Assembly: GCA_963700635.1 (NCBI GenBank) | Contig: CAVOYH010000001.1 | Span: 192,001 to 256,000, forward strand | Source of the DNA: an uncultured Bacteroidota bacterium | Lineage (GTDB): Bacteria > Bacteroidota > Ignavibacteria > UBA10030 > UBA6906 | Direction of reading: 5' to 3' | Length of the DNA: 64,000 nt | In this document: positions 42,015-51,662 of the stretch, in pieces | How the letters are laid out: every line of letters begins with the position of its first letter | How positions within the stretch are numbered: position 1 is the first letter of the stretch | The notes under the pieces: generated by a model | What the model was told of the DNA's origin: nothing | Database searches by the model: none | The model's input: the letters and a program-made list of their open reading frames with translations, nothing else | Program-made: the position numbers and the translations under genes

Positions 42015-43457
42015 CTATTTTGTGCGGACAAACTCGATCCGTCTGTTTTGCTGGCGTCCTTCTGGTGTGGCGTTGGAGGCAACGGGATTGTCCGGCCCGA
42101 ACCCTCTGGCAGTGATCCGTTCCGGGGTGATACCTTTGGCGATAAGATGATTCCGGACGGCATCGGCGCGGGACTGCGAGAGCCGTATGTTTGCGTCCTT
42201 ACTGCCGGTATCGTCGGTATAGCCGCGGATCTCAACCGCTATCTCAGGGTTTTGCTCGAGGGTATTGTAGGCTGTTTCGATCAACAGCTCGGCTTCCGGG
42301 GTAATGCCGGCCTTGCCGGTTTCAAATACGATCCCCTCCAGGACAATCGCCTTGCCGACTTCGGCTTTGAGTTCCGCCTTTTTCGGAAGGTCGTCTTTTG
42401 CATCCAGAGGATTGGAGCCGCGCGTCACCTCTATGCCGTCGGCGACAGTTCCTCCGTCCGTATCGGCTTTGAGGGGATTGGTTTTGTACCGGTTCACTTC
42501 GTCCCCGTCTTTGAGGCCGTCACCGTCGGTGTCAGGATTTAATGGGTCAGTCTTGAGCGTGTTGACTTCCTCACCATCCTTCAACCCGTCATTGTCTGTA
42601 TCCGCCTTGAGAGGATCGGTCTTGAATTGCCGGATCTCGTCGCCATCACTCAAGCCGTCCCCGTCGGTGTCCGCTTTTGTTGGATCTGTTTTCTCGAGCC
42701 GCGCTTCGTCACCATCGCTGAGCCCGTCACCGTCCGTATCGGCTTTCAGGGGATCGGTCTTGAACGTATTCATTTCTTCGCCGTCCTTCAGGCCGTCGCC
42801 ATCCGTGTCAGCGAGTTTCTTGTTGGTGCCGAGTTGTTTTTCTTCGGCATTGGTCAGCCCGTCGCCGTCAGGATCTGCGTTGGGGCTCTCGGTGACGATC
42901 GTCAGGCCGGCCACCGCTGTCGCATAGGCGTCTTTTTTCGATTCAATGACGCCGTTGATGCTCTGGTGGAAGGCGTACGTATACCCGGCGCTGGCCTCGA
43001 AGAGGATGCCGTCCGAAATCATGGCCTGAACGCCGATGCCCGCAGGCACGATCGCTGCCCATCCGGAAAACTCGGTTGCAGTTGGGTTTGCCGGTTTGTC
43101 TTTGACGGAATAATGCAGTGCTCCGCCTCCGACGTACAGGTACGGATTGACCTTCTCCAGCTTTAACGGGCTAAACAGAAAGCGGTAATCAATCGGGATA
43201 ATCTGGGTCTTGTAGTCGGACCCGCCCAGATGGCCGACCCCGAATCCGAGTTCACCCTGTAACGCCTTCGTGATAGGGTAGCGCAGGAAAGCGCGTGTGA
43301 AAAACTGGGCGTCATTATCGGTGACATCAGTGATGCCGAGGGCGGCACCCGCACCAATGCCCATACTCATTCCCTGATCACGAAGTTGCCCCGCAGCGGT
43401 AAGCGGCAACACAATCCCCAGCACAACCAACATGCTCAACGTAGTACGAATTCGCAT
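42015..43457 (-). CDS. OmpA-family protein: beta-barrel, Ca-binding repeats, peptidoglycan-binding domain
   Basis: Signal peptide from ATG 43457 after an AGGAG SD; C-terminal GYTD...LSQSRADAV...NRRIEF. Confidence 0.9.
   Translation of the reverse strand: MRIRTTLSMLVVLGIVLPLTAAGQLRDQGMSMGIGAGAALGITDVTDNDAQFFTRAFLRYPITKALQGELGFGVGHLGGSDYKTQIIPIDYRFLFSPLKLEKVNPYLYVGGGALHYSVKDKPANPTATEFSGWAAIVPAGIGVQAMISDGILFEASAGYTYAFHQSINGVIESKKDAYATAVAGLTIVTESPNADPDGDGLTNAEEKQLGTNKKLADTDGDGLKDGEEMNTFKTDPLKADTDGDGLSDGDEARLEKTDPTKADTDGDGLSDGDEIRQFKTDPLKADTDNDGLKDGEEVNTLKTDPLNPDTDGDGLKDGDEVNRYKTNPLKADTDGGTVADGIEVTRGSNPLDAKDDLPKKAELKAEVGKAIVLEGIVFETGKAGITPEAELLIETAYNTLEQNPEIAVEIRGYTDDTGSKDANIRLSQSRADAVRNHLIAKGITPERITARGFGPDNPVASNATPEGRQQNRRIEFVRTK
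42390..42880 (-). repeat. seven ~69-bp coding repeats (D-T-D-G-D-G-L-x-D-G-x-E, bacterial TSP3-like)
   Basis: Translation shows ADTDGDGL(K/S)DG(D/E)E.....KTDPL units with a 23-aa period. Confidence 0.9.
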
Positions 43458-43613
43458 GAGATTGACTCCTGTCGTTGTGAATAACTGTTCAGAAAGGATG
43501 CCCGGTCGAATACTCACCACACGCACAATTCTGGCAGGTTCGCCATGAAAAGACGTTTCGTCCGTAGCACAGTATAAACAAAAGTGGCGGGGAAATAGTT
43601 CACAAAAAACGCG

Positions 43614-45137
43614 TTACGAGAGGTCACGCAGGAATTTGTGGGTAATCTCGTCGACTTCGCCGGCGGAAAGCGTATTGCCAAACCGTGCGCCGGTCGGCAG
43701 CGGGTGAGGGTCTTTGGGAGTGAATTGCTGATCGATCCTGTCAATCCAGTTGTCGCCGGGAGCGGGGTGAACTTCCGCGGAGTGAAGCGGTCGTGTTTCA
43801 AATGCGAGGCGTTTAATATTCATGAGGTGGCGTGCGGTCACATTGTCTGACACGATTGACCCCCCCCAAGTGCCGGACCCGAGTGTGAGAGAGGGATCGA
43901 GGCCATTGGTGAATCCCACGGCACCCAGGGCTGATTGCGTGTTCACGAGTATCCTGAATGCAGGTTTCTCCATCGCGAACTTCATGATAATGTCACGGTC
44001 GGTTGAGTGTATCACCAGTGTGTGTCCGATCCCCCCAAATTGCAGAAGTTCAAGACAGCGGTGGCAGGCATCGCGCCATCCATCCGCAGTGTAGAATGAG
44101 AGCACGGGTGAGAGTTTTTCCCGTGAGAGAGGATACGCTTTCCCCACGCCGCTCAGCTCTGCGATCAGAACAGTCACGTGGTCAGGCGCCTCGATGCCGG
44201 CGGATCGTGCAATATGGAGTGGGGATTTTCCCACCATGGACGGGTTGATGACCCCGCGTTCGTCAAAAAGCAGGCGGGCGAGCCGTATCTGTTCTTCTCC
44301 AGCCACAAAATATGCTCCGCGTTCGAGGCACGCCTGCACCACTCGCTGCTTAACGGGTGCATCGCAGACCAGGGCTGACTCCGTAGAACAGAGAGTTCCA
44401 TAATCAAACTGCTTCCCTGAAATGATGTCCGCAACCGCTTTCTGAATGTCGGCCGTCCGTTCGATGAACGAGGGGACGTTTCCGGATCCGACGCCGTACG
44501 CCGGTTTTCCGGAGCTGTACGCCGCGCGCACCATGGCGTGGCTCCCCGTGGCAAGGATCACCGATGTCAGCTTGTGCCGCATCAGCTCCTGGGTCCCTTC
44601 GGCCGTGGAAAGTGTGAGGCACGACATCAGGGAGCGGGGTGCACCCGCCCGTTCAGCGGCATCCCGGACCACATTCATGGCTTCGACCGTACACCGCGTC
44701 GCTTTCGGGTGCGGACTCGCCACGATGCCATTCCGGGCTTTTACGGAAATGAGCGCTTTGAACATCACCGTCGATGTTGGATTTGTTGACGGGATCAGTG
44801 CTGCCACGATGCCCATGGGCTCCCCGATGCTCAGGACCTGACGTTCCCGGTCTTCGTGGATGACCCCCACAGTCTTGAGCCGGGCGATGGATTCCCAGAC
44901 CCGTCTTGTCGCAAAGAGGTTCTTCTGTTCCTTGTCTTCCGGCTTGCCAAATCCCGTCTCCTCGCATGCCATCCGTCCGAGCCTCGCTGCCTGGGATGCC
45001 CCTGCCTCGGCCATGGCCTCGCAGACACGGTCAACCTGATCCTGGGAGAAGGATCGGAATTCCAATTGTGCCCCTGCTGCCGCCTGCAACAAGTCCCGTA
45101 CTTCCTGGACTGAGGTGAGATCGTTATCCATGGCCAT
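43614..45137 (-). CDS. acylating (CoA-dependent) aldehyde dehydrogenase, EutE/AdhE-N family
   Basis: IPSTNPTST, GVGSGNVP, catalytic GTLCSTE, EKLSPVL and GIGHT motifs; ~55-aa C-terminal extension. Confidence 0.9.
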   Translation of the reverse strand: MAMDNDLTSVQEVRDLLQAAAGAQLEFRSFSQDQVDRVCEAMAEAGASQAARLGRMACEETGFGKPEDKEQKNLFATRRVWESIARLKTVGVIHEDRERQVLSIGEPMGIVAALIPSTNPTSTVMFKALISVKARNGIVASPHPKATRCTVEAMNVVRDAAERAGAPRSLMSCLTLSTAEGTQELMRHKLTSVILATGSHAMVRAAYSSGKPAYGVGSGNVPSFIERTADIQKAVADIISGKQFDYGTLCSTESALVCDAPVKQRVVQACLERGAYFVAGEEQIRLARLLFDERGVINPSMVGKSPLHIARSAGIEAPDHVTVLIAELSGVGKAYPLSREKLSPVLSFYTADGWRDACHRCLELLQFGGIGHTLVIHSTDRDIIMKFAMEKPAFRILVNTQSALGAVGFTNGLDPSLTLGSGTWGGSIVSDNVTARHLMNIKRLAFETRPLHSAEVHPAPGDNWIDRIDQQFTPKDPHPLPTGARFGNTLSAGEVDEITHKFLRDLS

Positions 45138-45140
45138 CCA

Positions 45141-46184
45141 TCAGGAGAACAATGATGATTGTGTGGTGCCCCGCGGGGTCACGCCGAAGTGTCTGTAGGT
45201 GATTCCTGTGATTTCCCGGCCGCGCGGAGTTCGTTTTACAAACCCTTCCTGGATAAGATAGGGTTCATAGACTTCTTCTATCGTACCCGGTTCTTCGCCC
45301 ACGGCCACTGCGAGTGTATTAATACCGACGGGCCCGCCGTCATACTTCTCCAGAATACAGAGGAGGATCCGCTTGTCCATCTCGTCCAATCCGCACTTAT
45401 CAACCTCGAGGGCCTGGAGCGCATAGTCGGCGACTTCCCGCGATATGACGCCGCGGTGTGACGCCAGCGCTGGATCAGCCTGTGCGAAATCGCGACAACG
45501 CCGCAGCAGGCGGTTGGCGATGCGGGGAGTCCCGCGCGACCGGCGCGCAATTTCTTCACCACCGTCTCGCTCGATCGTAACGTTCAAGAGCCGGGCCGAA
45601 CGCTGAATGATTGTGAACAACGTTTCGCTGGTGTAGTAGTCCAGCCGGTTGCTGACGCCGAACCGCGCACGCAACGGTGCCGTCAGCAACCCTGCCCGGG
45701 TCGTTGCTCCGATCAGCGTGAACCGCGGAAGCGTGAGTTGAACGCTCCGTGCGTTGGGGCCGGCATCAATCATGATGTCAAGCCGGTAGTCTTCCATCGC
45801 CGAATAAAGGTATTCTTCCACCACGGGATTGAGTCGATGGATTTCGTCTATGAAGAGGACTTCACTCTCCGCCAGGTTCGTCAGCAGTCCCGCCAGGTCA
45901 CCCGGTTTATCCAGGACTGGCCCGGAAGTGCTCTTCAAGCCGGTGCCCATCTCGTTCGCGATGATGTGGGCGAGCGTAGTTTTGCCCAATCCCGGCGGAC
46001 CGGTAAGCAAGACGTGGTCGAGGGGTTCTTTCCGTTGCCGTGCCGCGGCAATGAACACACGCAGATTATCAATAATCTTCTTCTGACCATGAAAATCGCG
46101 GAAACTCATCGGGCGGAGTGCCTGGTCGAGCTCGCGGTCGGTGTCCACGCGTTCAGGATTGGTAGTGTCTGATTTTCGGTTCAC
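45141..46184 (-). CDS. ruvB: Holliday junction helicase RuvB
   Basis: [28 protein letters not shown] and RTPRGR motifs. Confidence 0.98.
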   Translation of the reverse strand: MNRKSDTTNPERVDTDRELDQALRPMSFRDFHGQKKIIDNLRVFIAAARQRKEPLDHVLLTGPPGLGKTTLAHIIANEMGTGLKSTSGPVLDKPGDLAGLLTNLAESEVLFIDEIHRLNPVVEEYLYSAMEDYRLDIMIDAGPNARSVQLTLPRFTLIGATTRAGLLTAPLRARFGVSNRLDYYTSETLFTIIQRSARLLNVTIERDGGEEIARRSRGTPRIANRLLRRCRDFAQADPALASHRGVISREVADYALQALEVDKCGLDEMDKRILLCILEKYDGGPVGINTLAVAVGEEPGTIEEVYEPYLIQEGFVKRTPRGREITGITYRHFGVTPRGTTQSSLFS

Positions 46185-46274
46185 GAAGTCCTGATGTGAA
46201 GAGTATGGATGCCGAGGAAATTACCTGAAAGGTAGTGTAACAGAGCGAGAATATCAATGTAGTGGCCGGCAGGC

Positions 46275-46880
46275 TTACGCTCCGGCGTTGCGAAGGGCGG
46301 CTTTAACAAGAAGTTCCAGGGTTCCGGCTTCCTGGCCGAGCTCCTGGACAGCCAGCCTCACCGCCCGTTCCGCCGTCGTGCGGTTGTATCCGAGAGAGGT
46401 GAGCGCCAGCAGGGCCTGGTTCCGATTACTCTCTTGCGGATCGGATGTGAGGGAAGAACCGGCAGAGAGTCCGTCCAACCGGGCGATTTTTTCACGAAGT
46501 TCAACAACGAGGCGCTCTGCTATTTTCCGCCCAATTCCGGGAATGGCGGTAAGTGCGGCAGTATTGCCGGCAATGACGTAATTCCGCAGATCGGCGGCGG
46601 GGATCCCGGAGAGAATACTCTGCGCCATCCTCGGCCCGATCCCGGTCACCGTCAGGAGCAGCTTGAATATCGAACGTTCCTCTTCGGTGAAAAACCCGTA
46701 CAGAAGCATTGCATCTTCACGCACATGGAGATAGGTAAAAAGGAAAACCTGTGTTCCCGGATCGCCGATTTTCTCAAAGGTGGAGAGCGGGATGCTCAGT
46801 CCGTACCCGACCCCTCCCACATCGAGCACGATGTCGGTCGGACCTTTTGTGATGAGTGTGCCGCGGAGAGAGGAGATCAT
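46275..46880 (-). CDS. ruvA: Holliday junction branch migration protein RuvA
   Basis: DVGGVGY, HVREDAMLLYGF, HhH motifs GIGPR and GIGRK, and ALTSLGY. Confidence 0.97.
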   Translation of the reverse strand: MISSLRGTLITKGPTDIVLDVGGVGYGLSIPLSTFEKIGDPGTQVFLFTYLHVREDAMLLYGFFTEEERSIFKLLLTVTGIGPRMAQSILSGIPAADLRNYVIAGNTAALTAIPGIGRKIAERLVVELREKIARLDGLSAGSSLTSDPQESNRNQALLALTSLGYNRTTAERAVRLAVQELGQEAGTLELLVKAALRNAGA

Positions 46881-47458
46881 TTTCTGACGCGCTCCGGATG
46901 GGCTTCGACATACGACTTCCAGCTTTGATGGCGCCCGGATGTTGGACGGCTCCGCTCAAGGTGGCAAATCGCCACGGCCAGCGCATCGGCGGTGTCGTGT
47001 GTCAGACGTACGCTGTTCAGCTGAAGAAGGGTCCTCACCATAAACGCCACCTGTTGTTTGGACGCATTTCCGTTGCCAACGACGGCCTTCTTGACTTCCC
47101 GGGGGGCATATTCGGAGAGCGGAATCTGATGTTGCACGGCGGCCAGGATGCTGACCCCCCTGGCATGCCCCAGCTTGAGCGCGGATTGAGCGTTCTTGCC
47201 GTAGAATGCCGTCTCAATGGCAACTTCGTCCGGGTGGAATGTACCGATAAGGTTGACAAGTCCGGAATAGATTGTCACCAGGCGTTGTGCAATCGGGGTT
47301 CCCGCGCGGTTGGGGATTACGCCGGACGCAATGTGCCGGAGGCCGGGTCCAGTCCGAGCGACGATGCCGTAACCGGTCATCAGCGTGCCCGGATCAATTC
47401 CCAGGACGACAAACGAAGGGGGGCCGTCCGTTTTTTTCTTAACTGCTGAGGGAGGCAA
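46877..47458 (-). CDS. ruvC: crossover junction endodeoxyribonuclease RuvC
   Basis: LGIDPG, AIETAF, GNASKQQV and DALAVAICH motifs. TTG start at 47458 is inferred; start uncertain. Confidence 0.9.
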   Translation of the reverse strand: MPPSAVKKKTDGPPSFVVLGIDPGTLMTGYGIVARTGPGLRHIASGVIPNRAGTPIAQRLVTIYSGLVNLIGTFHPDEVAIETAFYGKNAQSALKLGHARGVSILAAVQHQIPLSEYAPREVKKAVVGNGNASKQQVAFMVRTLLQLNSVRLTHDTADALAVAICHLERSRPTSGRHQSWKSYVEAHPERVRK

Positions 47459-48200
47459 GTTCCGTATCGTCGATGTCGAAGTTTGAGGAAACATTCTGGA
47501 CGTCGTCGTGTTCTTCGAGGGCATCCATGAGCTTCATCAGGCTCTCAACGTCTTTGCCCGTAACTTTGACGGTGTTCTGGGGGATCATCTGGAGGGAGGC
47601 GGATTCAAGGACGATGCCCTTGTCTTCAATCGCTTTCTTGACAGGCTCAAATGCCTGTGGGGTCGTGGTGACCGTAAATGTCTCCCCGTCAGTCAGCATG
47701 TCATCCGCACCGGCTTCAAGAATGATTGCGAGGAGGTCATCTTCCGATACCGGGCGCTCCTGGCCCGCGGACGGGATGACGATGTTCCCCAGTTTATTAA
47801 ACATCCATCCGACGCTCCCGGATTGGCCAAGATTGCCGTTGTTGCGGGAGAGGATGTGGCGGACTTCCGAGACGGTGCGGTTTGCGTTATCGGTTACAAC
47901 ATCAATGAGGATCGCAACGCCGCTTGGCCCGTACCCCTCGTAGGTGATTTCTTCGTACGCGACGCCCGGGAGTTCGCCGGTTCCCTTCTGAATCGCCCGT
48001 TTGATGTTATCGGCGGGCATATTATTGGTTTTTGCTGTTTGGATGGCGAGCCTGAGGCGGGGATTACCCTCAGGATTTCCCCCTCCGTTCCGGGCTGCGA
48101 TAGTGATCTCCTTGATCAGGCGTGTAAACAGCCGGCCACGGGCTGAATCCGTCGCGGCTTTTTTTCGTTTGATCGTTGCCCACTTCGAATGGCCTGACAT
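47439..48200 (-). CDS. YebC/PmpR (TACO1) family protein
   Basis: MSGHSKWATIKRKK, YEGYGP and DDVQNV motifs. Confidence 0.97.
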   Translation of the reverse strand: MSGHSKWATIKRKKAATDSARGRLFTRLIKEITIAARNGGGNPEGNPRLRLAIQTAKTNNMPADNIKRAIQKGTGELPGVAYEEITYEGYGPSGVAILIDVVTDNANRTVSEVRHILSRNNGNLGQSGSVGWMFNKLGNIVIPSAGQERPVSEDDLLAIILEAGADDMLTDGETFTVTTTPQAFEPVKKAIEDKGIVLESASLQMIPQNTVKVTGKDVESLMKLMDALEEHDDVQNVSSNFDIDDTELASLSS

Positions 48201-48212
48201 GGTGTGAATCTC

Positions 48213-49943
48213 CTATCGTAAGTCCTTGATTTTCAGCTGAGGAACCGGATCGGCTGGTCTGGACGCGCCCGGGGAAGTCCATTCGTTCTCTTCCACGGTA
48301 TAGACGCATTCGAGGTTCAGGCGTCCGGAATACGCTCTCGGGAGGAGCTCGCCGAGGCCGAAGCCGATGGCGTCGAAGCTTGTACCGTTCTGTCGCACCC
48401 GGAACCGGAGATGGTTCCGTCCGACAATACGTGGTGTTCCTGCCACTTCCAGATTTCGTGTAAAGAATGTCGGCCGTGCATTGTGGGGACCGAAGGGAGC
48501 AAACTCCCGGAGAATTTTGATAAATCTCGGTGTGATCTCCTCGAGGGAGAGTTCCATATCGATCCGGATCTCAGGTGTTTTGAGTTCCTCCGCCATAAGT
48601 TCCTTCACGGCGGTATTAAAGGCCTCGCGGAATTCATCGAGCCGTTCAATCTCAACCGTCAATCCTGCGGCATACTTGTGCCCGCCAAACTGCAGGACCT
48701 TGTCCTCACAGCGTTTGAGCGCTTCATAAACATCAAACCCCGATACACTGCGGGCCGAGCCCTTTGCGACGCCGTCAACGGTGGCCATCATGATGGAAGG
48801 TTTATAGTACCGTTCGACCATCCGTGACGCCACGATTCCGACGACGCCGGGGTGCCAGTGTTCCTGATGCAGCACAATGGCGGGGTCGGATTCAACATTA
48901 AAACATTCTTCGAAGAGTTGCTGTGCATTGGCAAAGGTCTCTTCGTCGATCTTTCTCCGGTTCTTGTTTTCTTCCTCGAGCTCCTGGGCAAGCGCGCGTG
49001 CTTCCTCGGGGTCGGTTGAAGTGAGCAGGCGAACGGCCCGTGTGGCGTCGCCGAGCCGGCCTGCCGCATTGATTCTGGGTGCGAGTGCAAAAACGATGTG
49101 GCCCGTTGTAATACGCCCCGGCTTCAAGCCGGCACTCTCTATGAGTGCCCGAATGCCGGGCCGCGGCGAAGCGTTGATGGACTCCAGTCCGATCTTGACA
49201 AGGATACGGTTTTCACCGACAAGCGGAACAATGTCCGCAGTGCTGGCGAGTGCGACAAAGTCAAAATACGACCTGATCGATTCTTCTCTTCCGAGCTTGC
49301 GGGCTACGCCCTGAACGAGCTTGAGCCCAACCCCGCACCCGCTGAGGGGCTTAAAGGGATAGGTGTCCCCGGGTTTGATCGGATCGAGTACCGCGTGTGC
49401 GCGGGGAAGTACGGGGCCGGCTTCGTGATGGTCGCAGATAATAACATCCAGGCCGCATTCGTTAGCGTGGTCAATCTGCTCAACGGCGGTTATACCACAG
49501 TCGACTGCAATGAACAGGTTTGCCCCCAGCTCGACGGCATGGTCGATGCCCATCCGGGAAACCCCGTACCCTTCCTTCATGCGGTCCGGGATATAGTATT
49601 GTACCTTGGCTCCCAGATCCTTGAGAAAGAGGTAGAGCATGGCAGCCCCGTTGGTGCCATCAACGTCGTAGTCGCCAAAGACGATGATCGAATCACCTGC
49701 GGCTATGCCGCTGAGGACACGATCCACAGCCTTCTCCATGCCGTCAAGAAGGTACGGGTCATGCAGGAGGTCCATGGTAGGCCGGAAATAATCCTTGGCC
49801 GCATCATAGTCTGAAATGCCCCTGAAGACGAGGATCTTTGCGATACTCTCGGGGACATTGATATCTTTTGCCAGTGAAGCGACAAGCCCTTCATCCGGGG
49901 GATTGGCATGAATCCACCGGTGATCCCTTACGGTAGTCCGCAC
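48213..49943 (-). CDS. recJ: single-stranded-DNA exonuclease RecJ
   Basis: GDYDVDG, DHH, PRINAAGR and FGGHKYAAG motifs. GTG at 49943 follows GGAG; the longer ORF start would overlap rnpB. Confidence 0.95.
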   Translation of the reverse strand: MRTTVRDHRWIHANPPDEGLVASLAKDINVPESIAKILVFRGISDYDAAKDYFRPTMDLLHDPYLLDGMEKAVDRVLSGIAAGDSIIVFGDYDVDGTNGAAMLYLFLKDLGAKVQYYIPDRMKEGYGVSRMGIDHAVELGANLFIAVDCGITAVEQIDHANECGLDVIICDHHEAGPVLPRAHAVLDPIKPGDTYPFKPLSGCGVGLKLVQGVARKLGREESIRSYFDFVALASTADIVPLVGENRILVKIGLESINASPRPGIRALIESAGLKPGRITTGHIVFALAPRINAAGRLGDATRAVRLLTSTDPEEARALAQELEEENKNRRKIDEETFANAQQLFEECFNVESDPAIVLHQEHWHPGVVGIVASRMVERYYKPSIMMATVDGVAKGSARSVSGFDVYEALKRCEDKVLQFGGHKYAAGLTVEIERLDEFREAFNTAVKELMAEELKTPEIRIDMELSLEEITPRFIKILREFAPFGPHNARPTFFTRNLEVAGTPRIVGRNHLRFRVRQNGTSFDAIGFGLGELLPRAYSGRLNLECVYTVEENEWTSPGASRPADPVPQLKIKDLR

Positions 49944-49968
49944 AAGGAACTCCAGATCGATAGTCCAG

Positions 49969-50006
49969 GTGTGGGGGCATGGCGGTGAATTGGAATGCCC
50001 CCACAC
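49969..50006 (-). other. 12-bp hairpin between rnpB 3' end and recJ
   Basis: GTGTGGGGGCAT-N14-ATGCCCCCACAC with no U-tract. Confidence 0.5.
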
Positions 50007-50010
50007 GTGG

Positions 50011-50430
50011 TGCAGGTCTGTAAGCCGAATTCTGTCTTCTTCGCTCTTGCAAGCAGAAGGAGGCAGCCATTTCTCTGGGCCGCGGATTGCTCCTTGGCTC
50101 AAGCGGCCTACCCGAGAGTAACCCCCCGCCGTGGGGCGGGGGACGAGGCGAGCAGCCTCTCCTCTCATATTTGGCCTTGCTCCGGGGGGGTTTATCGTGC
50201 CCCCGGGATTACTCCCGGGGCGGTGAGCTCTTACCTCGCCTTTTCACCCTTACCCTGCAAGCACGCCGCAACGAGTGCAATGTGCGTGCAGGGCGGTATG
50301 TTTTCTGTGACACTGTCCGTTCCCGACCGCTTACGCGGTCAGGCCCCCCGCTGTTCACGGGGCACCCTGCTCTGTGGAGTTCGGACTTTCCTCATCCCGC
50401 GGAATGCGGAACGCAGCTGCCCGACCTGCA
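50011..50430 (-). ncRNA. rnpB: RNase P RNA, bacterial type A
   Basis: Minus strand carries GAGGAAAGTCCGAACTC near the 5' end and ACAGAATTCGGCTTA near the 3' end; termini TGCAGGTC/GACCTGCA form P1. Confidence 0.96.
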
Positions 50431-50492
50431 TGTGAGTTGTTGTATGATTTAAATTAACACAATCTAATCGAGAGAAGCAAAAAACGGCGAAT

Positions 50493-50909
50493 TTACGTCT
50501 CCACCGGCTCTCTCGTTTCAATCCCCCGGTTTGCCAGGGCATCAGCATCTCTGTTCTGCTCACGCGGGACGTACCGGAGTACAAATTCATAGGGAGCTTC
50601 TGCACGAAGCCGCTGCACTTCCGAATAGAGCAGCTTGAGTTTTGGATCTTTGACCCGGTAGGTGCCGTTCACCTGCCTGACCATGAGTTCGCTGTCCGCC
50701 TGGACTTCGAGCCGCGTGCATGGCACCGTTGCCAGGCGTTTAAGCAGGGTGACGAGCGCGGTATACTCAGCGATGTTGTTTGTGGCCTTCCCGATGTATC
50801 CCGAGATGGTCAGGAATTCTCCGCCATCGGCTTTCCGGACGATAACGCCGATACCACTGTCGCCCGGATTTCCCCGTGACGCCCCATCGGTCGCCGCGAA
50901 CAGCGTCAT
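50493..50909 (-). CDS. rnhA: ribonuclease HI
   Basis: DGASRGNPG, TNNIAEY, DSEL and NRDADALAN motifs. Confidence 0.93.
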   Translation of the reverse strand: MTLFAATDGASRGNPGDSGIGVIVRKADGGEFLTISGYIGKATNNIAEYTALVTLLKRLATVPCTRLEVQADSELMVRQVNGTYRVKDPKLKLLYSEVQRLRAEAPYEFVLRYVPREQNRDADALANRGIETREPVET

Positions 50910-51637
50910 TTCGGGTTTGCGGCAAGTTCGACTATTTCATCGGAAACCAGAATGCGCCCGCATCGTTCACACGTGTACATCCGTTCGCTCTGCCTGAGCT
51001 CGAGCAGCTTCTGGGGAGGAACGCGGTTAAAGCAGCCTCCACATGCGCCCTTCTTGATCGGTACAACGGCCATTCCCTTTTTTGCCTTCCGGATTCGCTC
51101 GTATACGATCAGCTCCGACTTGCTGATTCGCACCACCGCTTTTTGCCGTTCATGCTGGAAATGGAGCTCTTCGTCTTCCGTCAGTTTAGAAACTTCTGCA
51201 AGTGCAACACGCTTCTCCTCCAGAAGGTGTATCGATTCATCGATGTTCTTCTGGAGTTCAGCCATCTCGGTGCGCGCTGTGGTCGCCTGAATCTCGAGTT
51301 GTTCCATTTCTTTTCCCAATCGCACGATGGCTTCACCCGCACTGTCCATCTCCCGCGTGAGCGCGTCGTATTCCCGATTGGTACGGACTGCGAACTGCTG
51401 GCTTTTGTACCTCTCCAGTTTCTGATTCAGGGAGATGATTTCATTGTCAGCATTGTCGCGCATAGCGAATGCCTGCCGCATCGTTTGTTCGATAGCCGCA
51501 TGGCGTTCCTGTTGAGCGGCAAGCTCGGCTTCAAGCTTCTGAACCGCGGACGGCAGATCGCCCTTCTGCTTAAGGAGTTCATCGAGATTCAAGTCTATGA
51601 CCTGAAGGGTGTAAAGATATTGTAGCTTGCTTTTCAC
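50906..51637 (-). CDS. coiled-coil protein with C4 zinc ribbon (DUF164 family)
   Basis: LQVIDL N-terminus, long coiled coil and CGGC...CERCGRIL. Confidence 0.9.
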   Translation of the reverse strand: MKSKLQYLYTLQVIDLNLDELLKQKGDLPSAVQKLEAELAAQQERHAAIEQTMRQAFAMRDNADNEIISLNQKLERYKSQQFAVRTNREYDALTREMDSAGEAIVRLGKEMEQLEIQATTARTEMAELQKNIDESIHLLEEKRVALAEVSKLTEDEELHFQHERQKAVVRISKSELIVYERIRKAKKGMAVVPIKKGACGGCFNRVPPQKLLELRQSERMYTCERCGRILVSDEIVELAANPK

Positions 51638-51662
51638 TTCGTACTCCTCTTCTAAGAAAGTG

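Noticed and set aside
42390-42880. Periodic repeats as a CRISPR array
   Set aside because: The repeats are in-frame, vary at codon third positions and encode Ca-binding units; no cas genes are present.
49944-50452. ORFs 49995-50435, 50087-50452 and the 75-aa N-terminal extension of RecJ
   Set aside because: They overlap the RNase P RNA gene.
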